This document shows, in pieces, positions 1-14,049 of a DNA stretch of 64,000 nucleotides. How positions within the stretch are numbered: position 1 is the first letter of the stretch; each line of letters begins with the position of its first letter. The notes under the pieces are model-generated. The model worked only from the letters and a program-made list of their open reading frames with translations. It was not told where the DNA came from and made no database searches. The stretch covers positions 16,306,001-16,370,000 of the forward strand of contig NC_045138.2 of the NCBI RefSeq assembly GCF_008831285.2, in the 5' to 3' direction. Position numbers and translations under genes: made by a program. The stretch comes from Nymphaea colorata. Lineage: Eukaryota.

Positions 1-1949
1 TGAAAAACCAACATCAAATTTTCATCATTATCTATGGCCAAGAAAGAAGAGGGCGAACCTCTCCTCCTTTCCCATACTCCCCAAGAACTAGGGTTGTTTG
101 CTTAAAAAGAATAGCACAACAAATTTTGTCTTTCTCACGTTATTCATAACTGGACATTCCAGAGATGGTCATTTCTGGTGTCGTTTGATAGTTGAAATGC
201 TTTGTGAGTACTGTATTACTTTACCTGAAATATTAGAGTAGCTTCATAAAACACTAAAATTAACTGTCCATGAATAAACTTCAATTTTGGAGGCAATGCT
301 AGGAAACACTTATAAAGTGTTCCACTCGTGGAATGACCCTTTCGTGTGGTTGCAAGGATGAGATCAAATGATTTTTGTTTAAAAAATGAAAAGGATAGAA
401 ATGAAAGTCCATTTTAGGCCAAGGATTGACCAAAGCTAAGTGGCTTGAGAAAATGACATTTCGATTGGACTGGAGATGATATGTTGGAAATATTCAATGT
501 ATTCCGCTTGTATTTCTCATTTTGGATGAAGATCTTTGAAAATGAGTGGGATTCGTGTGCCGAACAAGAACCTGGTTATATGCACGTGCCCAATTTTTTG
601 TGCATAGTATGGTTAATGACAAAAATATCCCCAGTTTACACTGAAAAAAGAAAACTATATTGTAAAGGCGAAAATGAAAAAAGTAAAAAGAATAGAAAGA
701 ACATTCCTTTTTAAAAAATTTCCAAATCCCATGTACTGCCCACCAAAGACACCAAAATGGTAGCGTAAGGCACACGCTGCACCTCACCAACATGCACGCA
801 CACAAAGACACAGGTAAGGGACGTTGCTAGCTATAGAAACTTGAAAGTGCATGGTGGGTAAATTACTGACTATAATCTCTTTTATCAGTCATGTTTTGTT
901 ATGCTTTCAAAATAAGCAGTACATATTCTCTTCATTCCATAGTTACAAATAGATAGAAAAAACCATTGAGACAAGTAAAAACTGACCGAACCGCTATCAG
1001 TATCTGATTGTGAAAATTCTCCCCTTGAATGTGCAAGTTCGAATTTAGAAGCTGCGAGTGGAAACAAGAGAAAAATGATCCGAACCAATATCAGTATCTG
1101 ATTGGGAAAATCTTCGCCTTAAATGTGCAAGGACAAAGTTGCAAGTGGAAGCTAGATAGTACCACGACGACTAAACGAGGGCGAAGCTAGTAAGCAAGTG
1201 AAATGTGAAGTAAAACAGTTATGAATAGAACATTATATGAAGATGCAATAATTGCTTAAGTTTTTAATGTAGATAATTACAAGCTTTATTTAAACACAAA
1301 AGAAAGTGAATATATATGCCAGACTCTACACATTAATTAATTTCAAGAAAGACGATCCTCAACTCAAATCAAGACTATGGAATACTATGACTTTAGCAGC
1401 CTCTATCATCAAACTGATGACGAGATGAAGAGGATAATATATACATCATAAAACACCTTGTTTAATGATGTGAATAATGCACATCATTTGCGCTGCACCA
1501 TAGTACGTGACGAAGATAAGTAAATAATTAATTGCGAATCTCAACAACCCACGGACGGAGACCGGCGGGGTATGTGGCGGCACGGTGGGTGGGGTCAAGG
1601 TCAAGGTCGAAGGTTTGAATGGCTGAAGAGCAGAGCACGTCAGCAGTAGATTAGGAGAAAACGTAAACGTAAGCTACCAATGTCCTTTCTCTGATACATC
1701 GTCCGTATCCCACGCCTGAGAAAACTAACGCCTTCTCTCGATTAAAAAATGATCGAGATCTTGGAGGGGAAGGGTCCGTCTTCCCATTGACCCGACCGGC
1801 CGGCCGCCATCTCAGGCGTGGTGATCGGAAAGTGAGGCCTGACGTCATTCATATGACACTCGCACCTCTCTCTTCCACTTTCGTCTTTCTTCATTGGCAA
1901 TATTGGACGGCTTCCTCACGGCATCCTCTTTTCATTTCATGTGAAAGTA

Positions 1950-2955
1950 GGTGCAATAAATTGAAGAGGAGATATCAAAAAGAACTATTTCCTAGCAGTA
2001 GCAAAAGAAAAACCAATGTTGATGCAAACAATAGGCGCAATAAATTCACGTGGGGAGACCAAACTCGACCATTCCCTGCCAACCATTATCACAAGAAACG
2101 TGTACGGGTATTATATGGCAAGAAAAAAGATAGTTATAATACGATAAAGTTGTATATCTCGAGAATAAAATGAAAAAATCTCGATAAATTTTTAAAAATT
2201 TACAATATTTATTTAATCCTAAAAATTATAAAAAAATAAAAAAATATGAAAAAAACGCAAAAAATAATATCCGTATAATATGCATCTTATACACATTTTT
2301 TTTATTTGCTGACTTTCTTTTTTTAAAAAAAGGGAAATAAAACATGTATTATATGACTGACGGACAAAAACCAAAGTGGGGAGGCCAAGAAGGACCATTA
2401 CCTACCAGCAACAGAACAAAAAGGAAGGTTGATGCAAACAATAAGTGCAAGAAATTTTTCGTGATGGGATACCATTTTTTCAAATTAAAAAATTCACATG
2501 TAAATTTTTAAAAAAAATTGGCGTGAGGCCAGGGCCGTGCGAGCCCTACTGTGGCTCCGCCCTTGGAAGTGGGGATACCAAACAGGACCATTCCTTGTCA
2601 GCAAAGAACAAAAACGGACCATGTCGTAGCAAAAGAGAAACCACCGTTAATGCAAACAATAAGTGCAATAAATTGAAGATGGGAAATAAAAAAGGACCAT
2701 TTCCTACCAGTACCAAAAGAAAAGCCACTGTTGATGCAGATAATAAGTGCAATAAATTGACGTGGAGAAATCAAACTTGACCATTCAGAACAAAAACCAC
2801 TGTTGATGCAAACAATAAACACAATAAATTGATGTGGGGGAGACCAAATCGGTGCAAGCACAAAACAAAAACCACTATTACGGCAAACAATAAGTGCAAT
2901 AAATTGAAGTGGGGAGACCACATGACCATTCCCTACCAGCACCAAAACAAAAACC
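1950..2955. repeat. ~84-bp minisatellite array (about 7-8 degenerate units) interrupted by two insertions
   Basis: Recurrent unit like AAAACCACTGTTGATGCAAACAATAAGTGCAATAAATTGAAGTGGGGAGACCAAAC..GACCATTCCCTACCAGC; AATAAGTGCAATAAATTG at ~2658 and ~2742 is 84 bp apart. Interrupted at ~2086-2360 and ~2451-2565. Confidence 0.85.
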
Positions 2956-3103
2956 TGTACCATCTATACAAAGAACACCCACAAAAATTACTTATTCTTA
3001 TATTGATATATGAGAGTATTGTTTTATTTGCATATTAATGCTTCTTGAAAATTTAAAATCTTATTACTAGCAAATTTTTTTTAGCTCAGCCACTGTTTAC
3101 AGT

Positions 3104-3349
3104 TAGACCTGGACAACGGGTCGGGCCCGGCCCGTTTGGTAATAATTTTTTTAATTATAAAATAAATTTTAGTAATATAAAATATATTTTTAATAACAAA
3201 ATACATATTATTAAATTTTAAAAAAATTAAAAAATTATTTTTTTTTTAATTATAAAGCTGGGGTGGACCAACCCAGGCAGCACATCAAGCCCAAGGCCCT
3301 GCCCACCGGGCGGAGAACCCGATGGGTACCCGACCCTTGCCCAGGTCTA
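3104..3349. mobile_element. hAT-type MITE
   Basis: TIRs TAGACCTGGACAACGGGTCGGG / CCCGACCCTTGCCCAGGTCTA; 8-bp TSD TTTACAGT (3096-3103) / CTTACAGT (3350-3357); AT-rich core. Confidence 0.85.
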
Positions 3350-4461
3350 CTTACAGTCCCAAAACAATTTTTACCGGCATCTTTATCACAAATAAAAATT
3401 CCCAACCCATTGCCTCTAACCGGTAATATCCTCTCTTCCTTGGATCGCAAAGGGGTACAATGACGGCAACCATGGAAATTGCTTGAAATACTAACGCCAC
3501 TTCAGTCTTATGTTCCCTCGTTCAAGCTTCATCTGAAATCATACCCTTAATGGGAAGATTATACATCTTAAATCAAGTGTTCTCTATGCATCAAAACCTA
3601 CTCCACTAACACTTGAACACTAGTATGGAGGAGCCCACCAACAAAATAATGCAGACTATCGTTTGACTCGTACAAGAACCAACAACTTTCATTTCATTGA
3701 GGGGCATTATCGTCTTTTTAAATGATCCATAAAAGGATTTTTGTCCCTCACAAAAGGTGCTTTTTCACCTTTTATCTTTCGCACCTGTCATTTGTGGAGA
3801 ATCTCATCGGTTTTAATGCTCGGGGCATTTTCGTCATTTAAACTCTCCGGCCATTGGGTTCAATTATTGCGGTCGAGCCGAGCCTTGCCTAATATTCCTT
3901 CTAGAAGTTCGGGTCTCTCGAGGGCCCTGAAATATTTAACTCCCCCATACGACATTCTGAAAAATTATCATTTGGTCTATATTAAAAGTTTCCAAAATTA
4001 TATAACGGCACTTTTTAGAAAAGGATATTTGAATAAAAAAAATATCTAGCGTGGATCCACCAGCTTTGCTAGTTGGATTCGATTATAAATTATAAGATTC
4101 AAAGGTGATTATATACGCAGGTTCAATAACATTTGGACGGTTAACTAATGGGAAGTTCTGTACGTAACCCTTTTGCCATCCAAAGAAATGGACAAAGATT
4201 CGTTTGAATAAGTTTCTAGCATTAATTCAAAGGTATATATGTGCATCAACAATTCAGATATTGTATAAGAAAGCTTACTCATTTGCATCCAAACTCAATT
4301 CTCCGTGAACATTCAATTTCGAAACATATTTAACAACGCGTTCATTCTTAGACATCATAAGTTTACATCACTGTACTACACTACGAAGTAAAAACATTTA
4401 ATCATATTTAGAGTTGCATCGTATCATTTATAAAGAGGAAATGTTCATTTCCCCCCTACTC

Positions 4462-5754
4462 CTACTCCAGAGAATGGAAGTCATCTTTGAAGGATTGCAG
4501 GTTCTTCTCAAAGAGAGGAACAAAGGCATCGATATCTCCGTTGCCATTGATGGAAGGCGCAATAATCAGCAGTCCTTCCACTGGAAGATAGGAAGGAAGG
4601 AAGAGGTTGGGGCACCCTGCTCCAAAGTCCAAGTCATAGAAGGGGAACCTGAGCCAGGAATCCACCTCCAGGTCTGGGCTCAGCACCATCTCGTCCTCGT
4701 CCGCGCTGGGCACTAGCCCTTCCATCTTCTCCTTGGAGCTCGAGAAGTCGATGAAGGACCTGAAGTAGCAGTCGTCCACCCGAGCGACTGCGTCGTGTAT
4801 GAGCCTCGCTGCGTGACCTACCGGCCTCGCCAAAAGCTCTTCGGCCTTGGACTGCGGCAGAGCCCACAGCACAACATTGCCAAAATAGTTCATGGGCACC
4901 GGCGGATTGCTCATTCTGGCCCGCCCGTTCACAGCAATCCGGATTTTGGTGATCTGATTTCCGTCCAGCCCTCTGGCTCTCGTGACCTTCCTCCACAGAT
5001 GAGCAAGAAGACACTCAAACGTAGTAAAAGGCTTTTTATAAGGGCTGTCGACAGCGGCCCTGGACTTGAGTTTTGCTAAAAACTCCGACGAGAAATGTGC
5101 TTTGTGCACCACTATGGTGTCGTCGGAGTCCGAATGCTTGGTTTCCCGTCGGTCGACGTACTCGACACCACGGTGGTCGAACTGGGAGCAAGGAGGGCTG
5201 CGGGGGACGAAGATGGAACGATCATGAAGAGGAAGAGGGTCCATGGGAAGGCCGCGCACTGCTCGGCCCCATGCAACCAGGAAATGGCTGGTGGAGAACC
5301 CGTCAGCGATCATGTGGTGGGTGGTGACGCCCACAACCAGGGAGCCACAGGCGAACCTGGTGAGCTGCACCTGAGCCAACTCCTCTATTCCGGTGATGGG
5401 CTGGTGCAACTCAAGGTAGTCGGGAGTAGGCTCGTCCAAGTTGGGAAGAGGATAGTCGGACCTGGCTTCGACAAAGCGCATGCCCTGGTCGTTGAGGAGA
5501 ATGCAGCGACGGCCGTCGTCGTCGTAGACGAGCCGGCCGGCCCACTCCCTGTACTCCGCGAGAGCCTTGCGCAGGCCCTGCTCGATGACCGTGTTGGGTG
5601 GGTTGGGTGGTCTGTAGGCATACAAGGTGGCTACATGGGTGTCGAAGCTGACCGTGTCGAATGAGCTGAGAGGGATGAAGACGTCAGTGCGGGGACGGTT
5701 GGAGGTGGGGTAGCTGGGCTTAAGGAGCCTGGAGCTCTCCCTCTTGATCTTCAT
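4462..5754 (-). CDS. BAHD acyltransferase, clade IV (agmatine coumaroyltransferase-like), 430 aa, intronless (BAHD-1)
   Basis: HXXXD (HMIAD), DFGWG-like DFGAG, clade IV motifs VLWALP and EVDSWL, YREWAGRL. Start set at MKIKRESS (ATG 5754) because both paralogs begin MKIK; the 97-aa upstream extension of the ORF runs through the TATA-like region. Confidence 0.95.
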   Translation of the reverse strand: MKIKRESSRLLKPSYPTSNRPRTDVFIPLSSFDTVSFDTHVATLYAYRPPNPPNTVIEQGLRKALAEYREWAGRLVYDDDGRRCILLNDQGMRFVEARSDYPLPNLDEPTPDYLELHQPITGIEELAQVQLTRFACGSLVVGVTTHHMIADGFSTSHFLVAWGRAVRGLPMDPLPLHDRSIFVPRSPPCSQFDHRGVEYVDRRETKHSDSDDTIVVHKAHFSSEFLAKLKSRAAVDSPYKKPFTTFECLLAHLWRKVTRARGLDGNQITKIRIAVNGRARMSNPPVPMNYFGNVVLWALPQSKAEELLARPVGHAARLIHDAVARVDDCYFRSFIDFSSSKEKMEGLVPSADEDEMVLSPDLEVDSWLRFPFYDLDFGAGCPNLFLPSYLPVEGLLIIAPSINGNGDIDAFVPLFEKNLQSFKDDFHSLE

Positions 5755-5890
5755 GGTGATCTTGTGATGAAGATGATCAGCGGATGATGATTGGGTTCGG
5801 CAGCAGGACGATGGTAAGGGGGAAGGGATATCGGTGGTGGCAATGTTACAATGTGTGTGTGTGTGTGACGAGGAGATCAGATCGTTCTCC

Positions 5891-5897
5891 TTAAATA
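5891..5897 (-). promoter_or_regulatory. TATA-like box of BAHD-1 (TATTTAA)
   Basis: CTTTATTTAAGG on the minus strand, about 137 bp upstream of the ATG at 5754. Confidence 0.5.
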
Positions 5898-6096
5898 AAG
5901 AAAGCAGAGGCAGGAGAGTCGGATGTTTCGGTCCATGGATTGAGAGAAACCATCTGCCTTGAGAAAATGACGTTTCGATTGAACAGGAGGCACAGTTTTC
6001 GAAAGTTTCAAACATATTCGGCCTCCATTTTCCACTGTGGGCCATTTAAAGCCTCCATACGTTTTAGATGCTGCGCTTCCAAATCAATGGGAATGG

Positions 6097-6136
<40 letters not shown>

Positions 6137-9121
6137 AGAGAGAGTAACAGGTTGATTTTGTTGAATGTTGGAGTTGGTAGTACAATTCATGTCCTGGATA
6201 GTAATTCAAGGACACCAGTGATGATAACAAGGTGACGCATAACCACTGGCAAACAAGAAAACCGTGTTAAACTGTGTCGTTTCTGTTTTGACTGCCCCAA
6301 CCTGTCCACTATACTCACCTTTGATCTGTTAACTTCTTGAAATTCATAAGTTTGAATATTTTACAATTCTTGATTTTATATATATATAGTTAGTCAGATA
6401 AAGATAAAGGAATCCTCTCACCTCTTCAAGCAGGTCACCCATTGCATTTCATCGAGCATTGTGTTGAATCATACCCATTGGATATATTACATCGAACAAC
6501 CGTGATTACATAAAACTCAAAATAGTATACTTCAGCTTATATCAGATATTTTAGAAGGCATGAAAAGTTAACTGGTTTAAGATCTAAAAGTACTAACATG
6601 GTGTACAGTGCCAAGATGGGGCTGTAAATTAAGGACGTCTATTGTTGAAGAGCCTTGATCCAATTTCATCTCTGCCCATTCTCCAGCCTGATCCAGTGTT
6701 GCTCCGCATTTGCCGATATGTATTGTATCGGTCTTTTACCTTTATAATGTTCTACGGTCGATACAAGTTTATGTATGTTGCATTTTAAACATTAATTTAA
6801 AGGACAAATAAGAATAGGCTGATATGGACCGACATACAATATGTATCGCCAATAAAGCTTTCATGCTACTCCTTTTTGTGCCAAAGAAATTGTCGTTTAC
6901 AGTGATGCTGCTCATGAATTAACAACCAAATGTGCCAATGAAGGTAAATAATCACCGATGCAAAAAGACACATCTGTGGCTACCAGAGAAACGTCACACA
7001 AGGATGTGGGTGGATGATTAAGCAGTTACTTTTTGTATATGGCTGATATTTTATTTTCTCCAAGTTTCTGGAAAGTGCTACTGTTGAGTTTCGTTAATGT
7101 ATCATTCATTTAATGTGTAATCCTTGTAGTGAAATTGGTGTGACATTCATATACCCTTATTTATGACTTTCTACGTAGTATTGTATTGCATAGATGCTCG
7201 GGCAGGTGACATGGAAACGGTCTCTCGCAAATTCAATCCTTGTGGCAACCAATGTTTTTGCGCCATGTAGTAAGCAACACAGTCTCCTCACTAGGCCATG
7301 GACACGACCTTATAAGTCTTGGTCGTTAGGATAAGAAGAGACTTCCCTTCTCAGAAGTTTGATGGCAGGAAAGGAAGAGACACAGATAAACCAATTTATA
7401 GGAGACTTGACCAACACAAAGGAGATTATCAAATGACAAACCAAGCGGATGATCAGCTCACAGGAAAGACCTAATAGGTGATGGCAAGTGAGGTTGGTGT
7501 CACCCACCGAAAGTGTAATGCATGTGAGCTTCGTTGGAAACTTCCTGCCTCTTTTTTAAGATCCTAGTGGCGTCCATAGTTCCAGTATAAACAAAAGACC
7601 ACTGGTTTTCTTCCTACTACCACTGGTTTTCTTCCTACTAGGAAAATAATCGTGAACTAACAATGGCGCTCCTACAATCCATGCCGTTCGCGGTCTAAGG
7701 ACTTCTCTGAAAATTGACGGGTTCACACACAAGAGGGGATATAAGAATCTAGTAGGTGCCCTGACTTGAGGTTTGACCAACCAAAGCATAATGACTCATG
7801 GTAGTCTCCCTGTTATCCCAGAGTGCTCCCTCTCTCTCTCTCTTTTATATATATATATATAATTTAAACATTCAACATTACAAGAACCATAAATCGTTGC
7901 CAAAGTTGCAACACCATCAACCGTGGCTAATACCAATATAGAAACTGTTTGAACACATGCAAAGAGAGAGAGAGGGAGAGTTTTAATGGAAACCGATCAG
8001 AAGGACAGCTCCTATTTTACAGACCAGGTCGATCCATTTGTGTTTAGCTGATAGGGTCTGCCATTGAATCAGTTTGTATTTTCTACATAACAATGTTTGC
8101 ATTAGACGTGCAAAAAGAGTGAACGAGGTTTTTAGTTTCACTCGAAACGATGAAAATATATTGGCGTTTACTTTTGAAACTGTTACGTGCACAATCGTAT
8201 GCACGAAATTTTTGAAACGTTATATTTGAGCTTGTTGAAAATTTTTATAGTCCATCTTCATGAAAAATTGATTGGAGGGGCATCGATTCACAGATTTTTA
8301 CATCTAAAAGGACACTTACATGTATAACAAAATAAATATCAAACAATTTTAATGTAAAAATAAAAGAAACCAGGTGGCTCTGCTTCTATGCCTGGTTCCA
8401 CTTTTGACCTAATGCACAAGTGTCTAATGAAATACCCTAAAAAGAGATTTAAAAAAATAAAAATGAATTATGAAAATGTTAAGAGGCTAAAATGTATAGA
8501 AATTTTCTAAACTACTCAAACTTTTTTATTTTTTTTTTTAAAACTTGGGTGTAGATTTGTTGTTGTGCACAGACTCTCGACACATACTCTCATACTTAAA
8601 ATGGACAAACGAATCCCAAAACTTACCTGTTTTCTCAGCTGCCATGCGTCGACCGGAAATAGACTCAGCGATCACATCGCCGGCCAATAAATCCACCGCC
8701 GGTCCCTCTTGGCCGTCGCAGTCGTGATCAAATAGCCGGTTAGAAATCGGTTGGTCCAACAGCGTCCAGCAGTGTCAACGCTACTTTGCATTCTTTTCCC
8801 GATGGTGTGCATTTGAAAACAATAAATTCTCAATCATTTGAAAAATGATAAGAAAATTGATGGTTCCATCCTCATCATTCATGGACAAATGGGCCAAAGG
8901 AAACAAAAGTTATGTTTCCAAATCTTAATTCCTCTTTCGGACGATGGCAGCCACGATCGATCCTCTCGACCACGTCGTGTAAATGATAAGACTTAATTTG
9001 CGGTCTTACGCGACCAACCCTTCGCATCTTGTGCCCCACAATTTATTTTTCAAATAAAAAGTGAGACAAATTGTGCTCAAAATCATGTCACTGAATATGA
9101 GTTTTTTATATATCAAGTCTA

Positions 9122-9387
9122 AAGGGGTGTGTGGATGACACCTCAAAACCAGGGTTTAGTGAAAAAACCCAGGTTTTTGACGTCTTTGGATGTCATCAAA
9201 ATTAAGTAAAAAAAAAAAAAAACTCAATTTTGACAAAATTTGCTTTTGTACGGAAAAGAAAATAAAAAAACTCTCAAGTTATTAAAAATATAGGTTTTTG
9301 AGTGTGTCGCCCGAACAAATAAACTATAATTTTGAAACCCATTCAAAAAAATGGATTGAATGAAAGTTTCAACCAAACGGCGTCTAA
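9122..9387. mobile_element. Degenerate Tourist/PIF-like MITE
   Basis: Termini GGGGTGTGTGGATGA ... CAACCAAACGGCGTC(TAA), resembling GGGGTGTTTGG/CCAAACACCCC. Confidence 0.5.
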
Positions 9388-11201
9388 GAAAAAGAGTCTA
9401 TTGCATCATGAATAAAAGAGGATCTGTTTGTTTGGGCGACGTAAAAAAAAGTTTCATTAAGAAGTTTATTTACCATTGAAAAATTTTAGTAACCGGCTTT
9501 GTACTTCTCAATTAAACCTTTTGATATATCGTGAAATTCATAAACATGTACTTACTTTTGGTATCATCGTTGTTAGTTGTAAAGTGGCATCTCATCTAAT
9601 GAAAAAAATGTACATGATTCATATAATTGTTAGCAAACTCAGTGCCACTTAATTAGTTTTCTTAAGCTTAAGTGGCGTAAAAAATAAAAGCAAATCTTCA
9701 TGGATAACCTTTACCATGAAGGCGAACTTCAATTTAGCTACGGCACTCGCAGTTCAACACGTTCCCCCCTTTGAATACTTCCAAGTCTTGGCGTCTCCAT
9801 CCTCAGGTTTCAAACGGTCTAAATTAGCGTCTAGAAAATGGAGTCTTAGTCGCCGATAACTTGAATTAGTTTAAGCATCGGTCAAGTCTTCCTTTGCTTT
9901 TCGAACAAGGCCCATGGACTGATGAACTTGATCCCCAAAATCACATTTTCAATTGTATCTAACATTTCTATAAACTACTTACATTGTTACCGAATAATCA
10001 TATCTAAACATAATATTACCAATTAATAAGAGAGTCGAAGAATCACATGCCACCACGTAATTGCGTGAGGCAATTTTAGTCTTTGTAATTTTCTTTCATG
10101 TTTTTATTTTTTATTTTTTCCTCATGGCCTTCTCCTTCATTTTTACTTTTTTCTCGACTTTGCTTTTGAGTGTTTTGATCATTTCAAGTAAGGGAATACT
10201 TTAGTTTTGTTTTATTCATCACCAGTTACATGTAACGATTGATTAGTAAATAACCATTCATCATCGTCGGATTGTGATGGATGTATGAAATTTATTTAGT
10301 AGATTTTTTGTGAATTTCAAATAACAAAAGGGAAAACATTAATCCGATATAGGTAAGTCAAGTCTCCAACTGGGGTCGTATATCCAGTCAAATTGCTTAA
10401 AAAAGTCGGATGTGAAACAGAGTTTAGTACCCGATTACAAAATTGAGATGAATTCTGACTCCAAAAATGGCACTTGACCGGATTAAATTTTAAACAAATT
10501 CAACTGGATTCGGTTTCAGATTCAAATAAGGTTTACTTTTTAATAAATGTCCTTACGATTTGAAAAGTGCGTCTACAAGGTGGTTCGAAACTTCGAATTC
10601 GGTTATGTATTTAAAAATCTGACTAATCGGATTCAGATATGAATCTAAAAGTCACATTCAAGTTGTAAATTTAAGATTCAAATATCGTATAGAACTTCCT
10701 TCATTTGAATTAGAATTTGAAATGTAGAATAGTTGGACATCGTTGAAGGGTGTCTCGTTTTATTATTGATACCGACGCAACTTAGGACCTCGGAGGCAGT
10801 GAGAATGGAGGGGCCTTCAGGCTTCGTTTTCAACGGTGGGATTGACCCTCTCGCTCACCCCAATAGTCGGACATCCTCTGAATCAGATACGATAATTATA
10901 ATCAGAGAAGCATGGACGAAAGAAAGTTGAGGGGCGATGGCAGTCAATGCAAAAATCCTGGAGGCAGCACTCTTGTTTCCGCTTTAGTCTGCCTGTGAAT
11001 TCGTCCGCATTATAGTGTTTGGTCTTCTTCCCACATCAGCGGCGATCGTGGAAAGAGACATGTTGGTGACCTCTCCCGCTGCTTGTGCGTGTCGAGGTAT
11101 GTGAAGGAAAGGAAAAAAAATAAGCAGAAAGAAAGACAGGTGAAAAGGGTAAACAATAGCAAGAAATTTGAAGACCCAAAAAGACAGTCGTCTGACGTTT
11201 C

Positions 11202-11629
11202 CAGGGATGTTAATAGATCAGATTTAAATCATATCTAGTCTTTAATATCTCGGTTTTATTGGATGTTTAGAACACTTTACATCATATCTGAATTCAAATT
11301 TCTGTCTAAATCCAACGTTAAGTTTACATCTGCATCCTAATCTGATTTTTAAACTCAAACCAAACCGCATTATAATATGTCAACATATAACATGTATATG
11401 TATGAGCATTGAATATATGATATTCATTTAAAACCAAATTTGGTCTGAATCCAAGTTCATATCTGATTGGATAGTTACTTGGCTTCAAATCTGAATCCAA
11501 GCAGATGTTATTTCTTAGACTAAAATTCGATCCCATTGCTTAATGAGACCCCAAATTTTGTTCTTTATCTGATTTCTTTAATTAGTTTGATCGGATATCT
11601 GATATAAATCAGATTCATTGACATCCCTA
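11202..11629. mobile_element. hAT-like MITE with GGATTC/GAATCC internal repeats; related degenerate copies near 10350-10740, 37974-38340, 45150-45560 and 56890-57260
   Basis: TIRs CAGGGATGTTAAT ... ATTGACATCCCTA; interior rich in ATCTGAATCC-like motifs. TSD not preserved. Confidence 0.7.
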
Positions 11630-12847
11630 CTTTCACTTGCCTCTGGGACGTCCCCGAATGATGAAGGCAACACTTTCCTTACCTTTTGCAAATTCTCTTC
11701 AACTAAGTACTTTCGTGGTAACAATATTGGTTTTAAAAACAGGAAAGAATTAACCCGTACATCGAAGGCCTTGAAACTAGCCAAAGTAATATTGGTTCAA
11801 CCAATTGACTCTTAATATTAGTTCAACCAATTAACTCTTAATAGGCTACTAAAGGAACTGCCCAAAATAGTGTCTCAATTGTGCTAGCAAATTCTTTTAA
11901 CCAATTACTGGCCAAGAATGGTTTACCGGTGGTGGTGGAGTTGCATCATAGTTGTTTTCCGAGTCGATGGCAGCAGAAAGAACTAGACTTTTGCTTTCAT
12001 CTGTCTATTCATCAGCTATGGAATCTTCATGTCTTCTACATATATAATTAATTTTGAAATATAAGATCATTAGTTCAGGATTTTGGAAACCCTACTTAAT
12101 TTATTAATTGAGCGCGCACTGCTGAACTTCATCCCTTTCTGATATATAAAACTCCTAACCTGTTTCTGGGTCACCGTCTTCACCATCACAATCAATAGCT
12201 GGCCGGTCAGAAATGGGTTTGTTCAACATTGTCCGGCAACGTCAATTCTACATTGGATTCTTTTCCAAATAATGTTCTTTTCCAACGTAAAACATGTTTG
12301 TTACGTGATCACTTTGCGTAACCCCTACGTTTTTCTAAATTAGGGTCATTGCATTTTGGAAACTAATTGGAAGGTTTTGGAAAAACAAGGGAAAAAGGAC
12401 TAAGTGGAAGGCCTCAAGGGGCATCTATAGCTGGTTTGGTTAGTAAGTAAACAAAAGAAGACACAGTTCGATTCTTATGGATGTTATACCTCTATATCTT
12501 ATGGGGATGGGTGCAGTAACCAAATTGATGGACAAACTGTACCCAATCCTAACATCCATGCACGCATCAAGACCCTGGATAAAAGGAAAATTTGGGTGGA
12601 GGGGTGCCTTTATGCTCTTTTCTAGCAGTAGATCACAGTAGGCCAAAGACACCATTACATGTGTGAAGAGTTGTCATATTTTAAGGTCTAACGCCCTATC
12701 TAGCTCGTGATGTTAATCTTGGCTCTTATGATATCTTGCTTACCCTTCAAGTAGGGTAAAAATCCATGTAAGTTAAAATTATCAACACATGGATGTAGAT
12801 ATAGTTGGTGTTGATCCACATTTCCCGTAACTGCATTCATTTATTTT

Positions 12848-13002
12848 TGTTAGAAATAAATAGTGAGATAAAGTGTTACTCAAAATATGTCACTAATTCT
12901 ATACTCTCACAAACGAAGAGGCAGATATATACATTTATACAGTACCATATATGTCACATCAAGCAAAGTTTCTAGATACACCAAAATATAATATATCTAA
13001 CA
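12848..13002. mobile_element. Short solo LTR (copia-like)
   Basis: TGTTAGA...TCTAACA inverted termini; 5-bp flanks ATTTT / ATTAT (one mismatch). Confidence 0.55.
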
Positions 13003-14049
13003 ATTATAACATATATGTCACCATCCAGTGAAGTTTCTAGACATGCCAAGGTGCTCAAGTGTAGTCATCGAGAGTTCCCTTACAAACACTGTTCTGGCTA
13101 AGGTTGTTCAGTTTTAGCCATCATGCTCCAAACGCGTACGAAAAAAATCCATCTATTGTGGCCCACGAATCTTTCTGCCACGTAAATCTCTGTCTTTCTC
13201 TTATTCATGGTTTTCTATCATTCACAGTAAGGGTGCCAGACCTAAGTTTTCTCGTTCCCTAACATGGAAGTAATTCGAGATCTAATATTACTTCATTGAC
13301 AAGTTTTGAAGCAAATCTCATGCTACGTACCAACGTTTAAGCTAAGATCACTAAGCCAGTCATGGCGTTACCCAAACCATTCAGACATAAAATGGAGAAA
13401 AATAAAAGATTCTACAAGAAAATTGATTTTAATTAGCAGATAAATGTGTTTATGTGTGTGTTCACGAGTAAAACTGACCGGCAATGATGAGGGAAAATAG
13501 TTTCGGATGCAATCTGCTGGGAGAAAGGGCTCCCGTGACCTTTGTTGTTGTCAAAAGAATGAAGAATGGATGTACATTAAGTACAAAACAAAAGAGAAAA
13601 TGCTCAGCAATACACCCTCAGTGGAACAAAATTTGAGTGCTGGAAGATAATCCCACCCAACTGCTTAGTCGACCATAACAACCGGATCAAGCAGATCTCT
13701 GTCTTCCTTGGCAGAAATAAAATTCAGAACCAAAACAGACCATCCCTTTTAATCAAAAGAACAAAAACCCATCCCATCTGTACATAACTATTCAATGGCT
13801 TTCTTAATCTAAGCACGCTACTGTTTAGAGCCCAAAACAACTTTAGCTTCCCAATGAAATTAAACGTGTGACAAAAAAAAAATCAGTCCCCTGCTATGTC
13901 CCTGGCCTGCCAGTCTTCTACTCCAAGTGAGAAATGCAGAGCCTGTAAGTTACCATCCTTCTAGGTTGTAGGCAACTTTATGAGTACTTCCATCTTTCAC
14001 TCATGTACCACCGAGTTCCAAACTCCCCACTAACACAATGAAACTTACA

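Noticed and set aside
1950..2955. CRISPR-like repeat array
   Set aside because: Eukaryotic context; the whole unit is repeated, there are no unique spacers and no cas genes.
5755..6045. 97-aa N-terminal extension of BAHD-1 in the ORF track
   Set aside because: Both paralogs start at MKIK, and the extension spans the TATA-like box and a (CA)n tract; it is most likely UTR and promoter.
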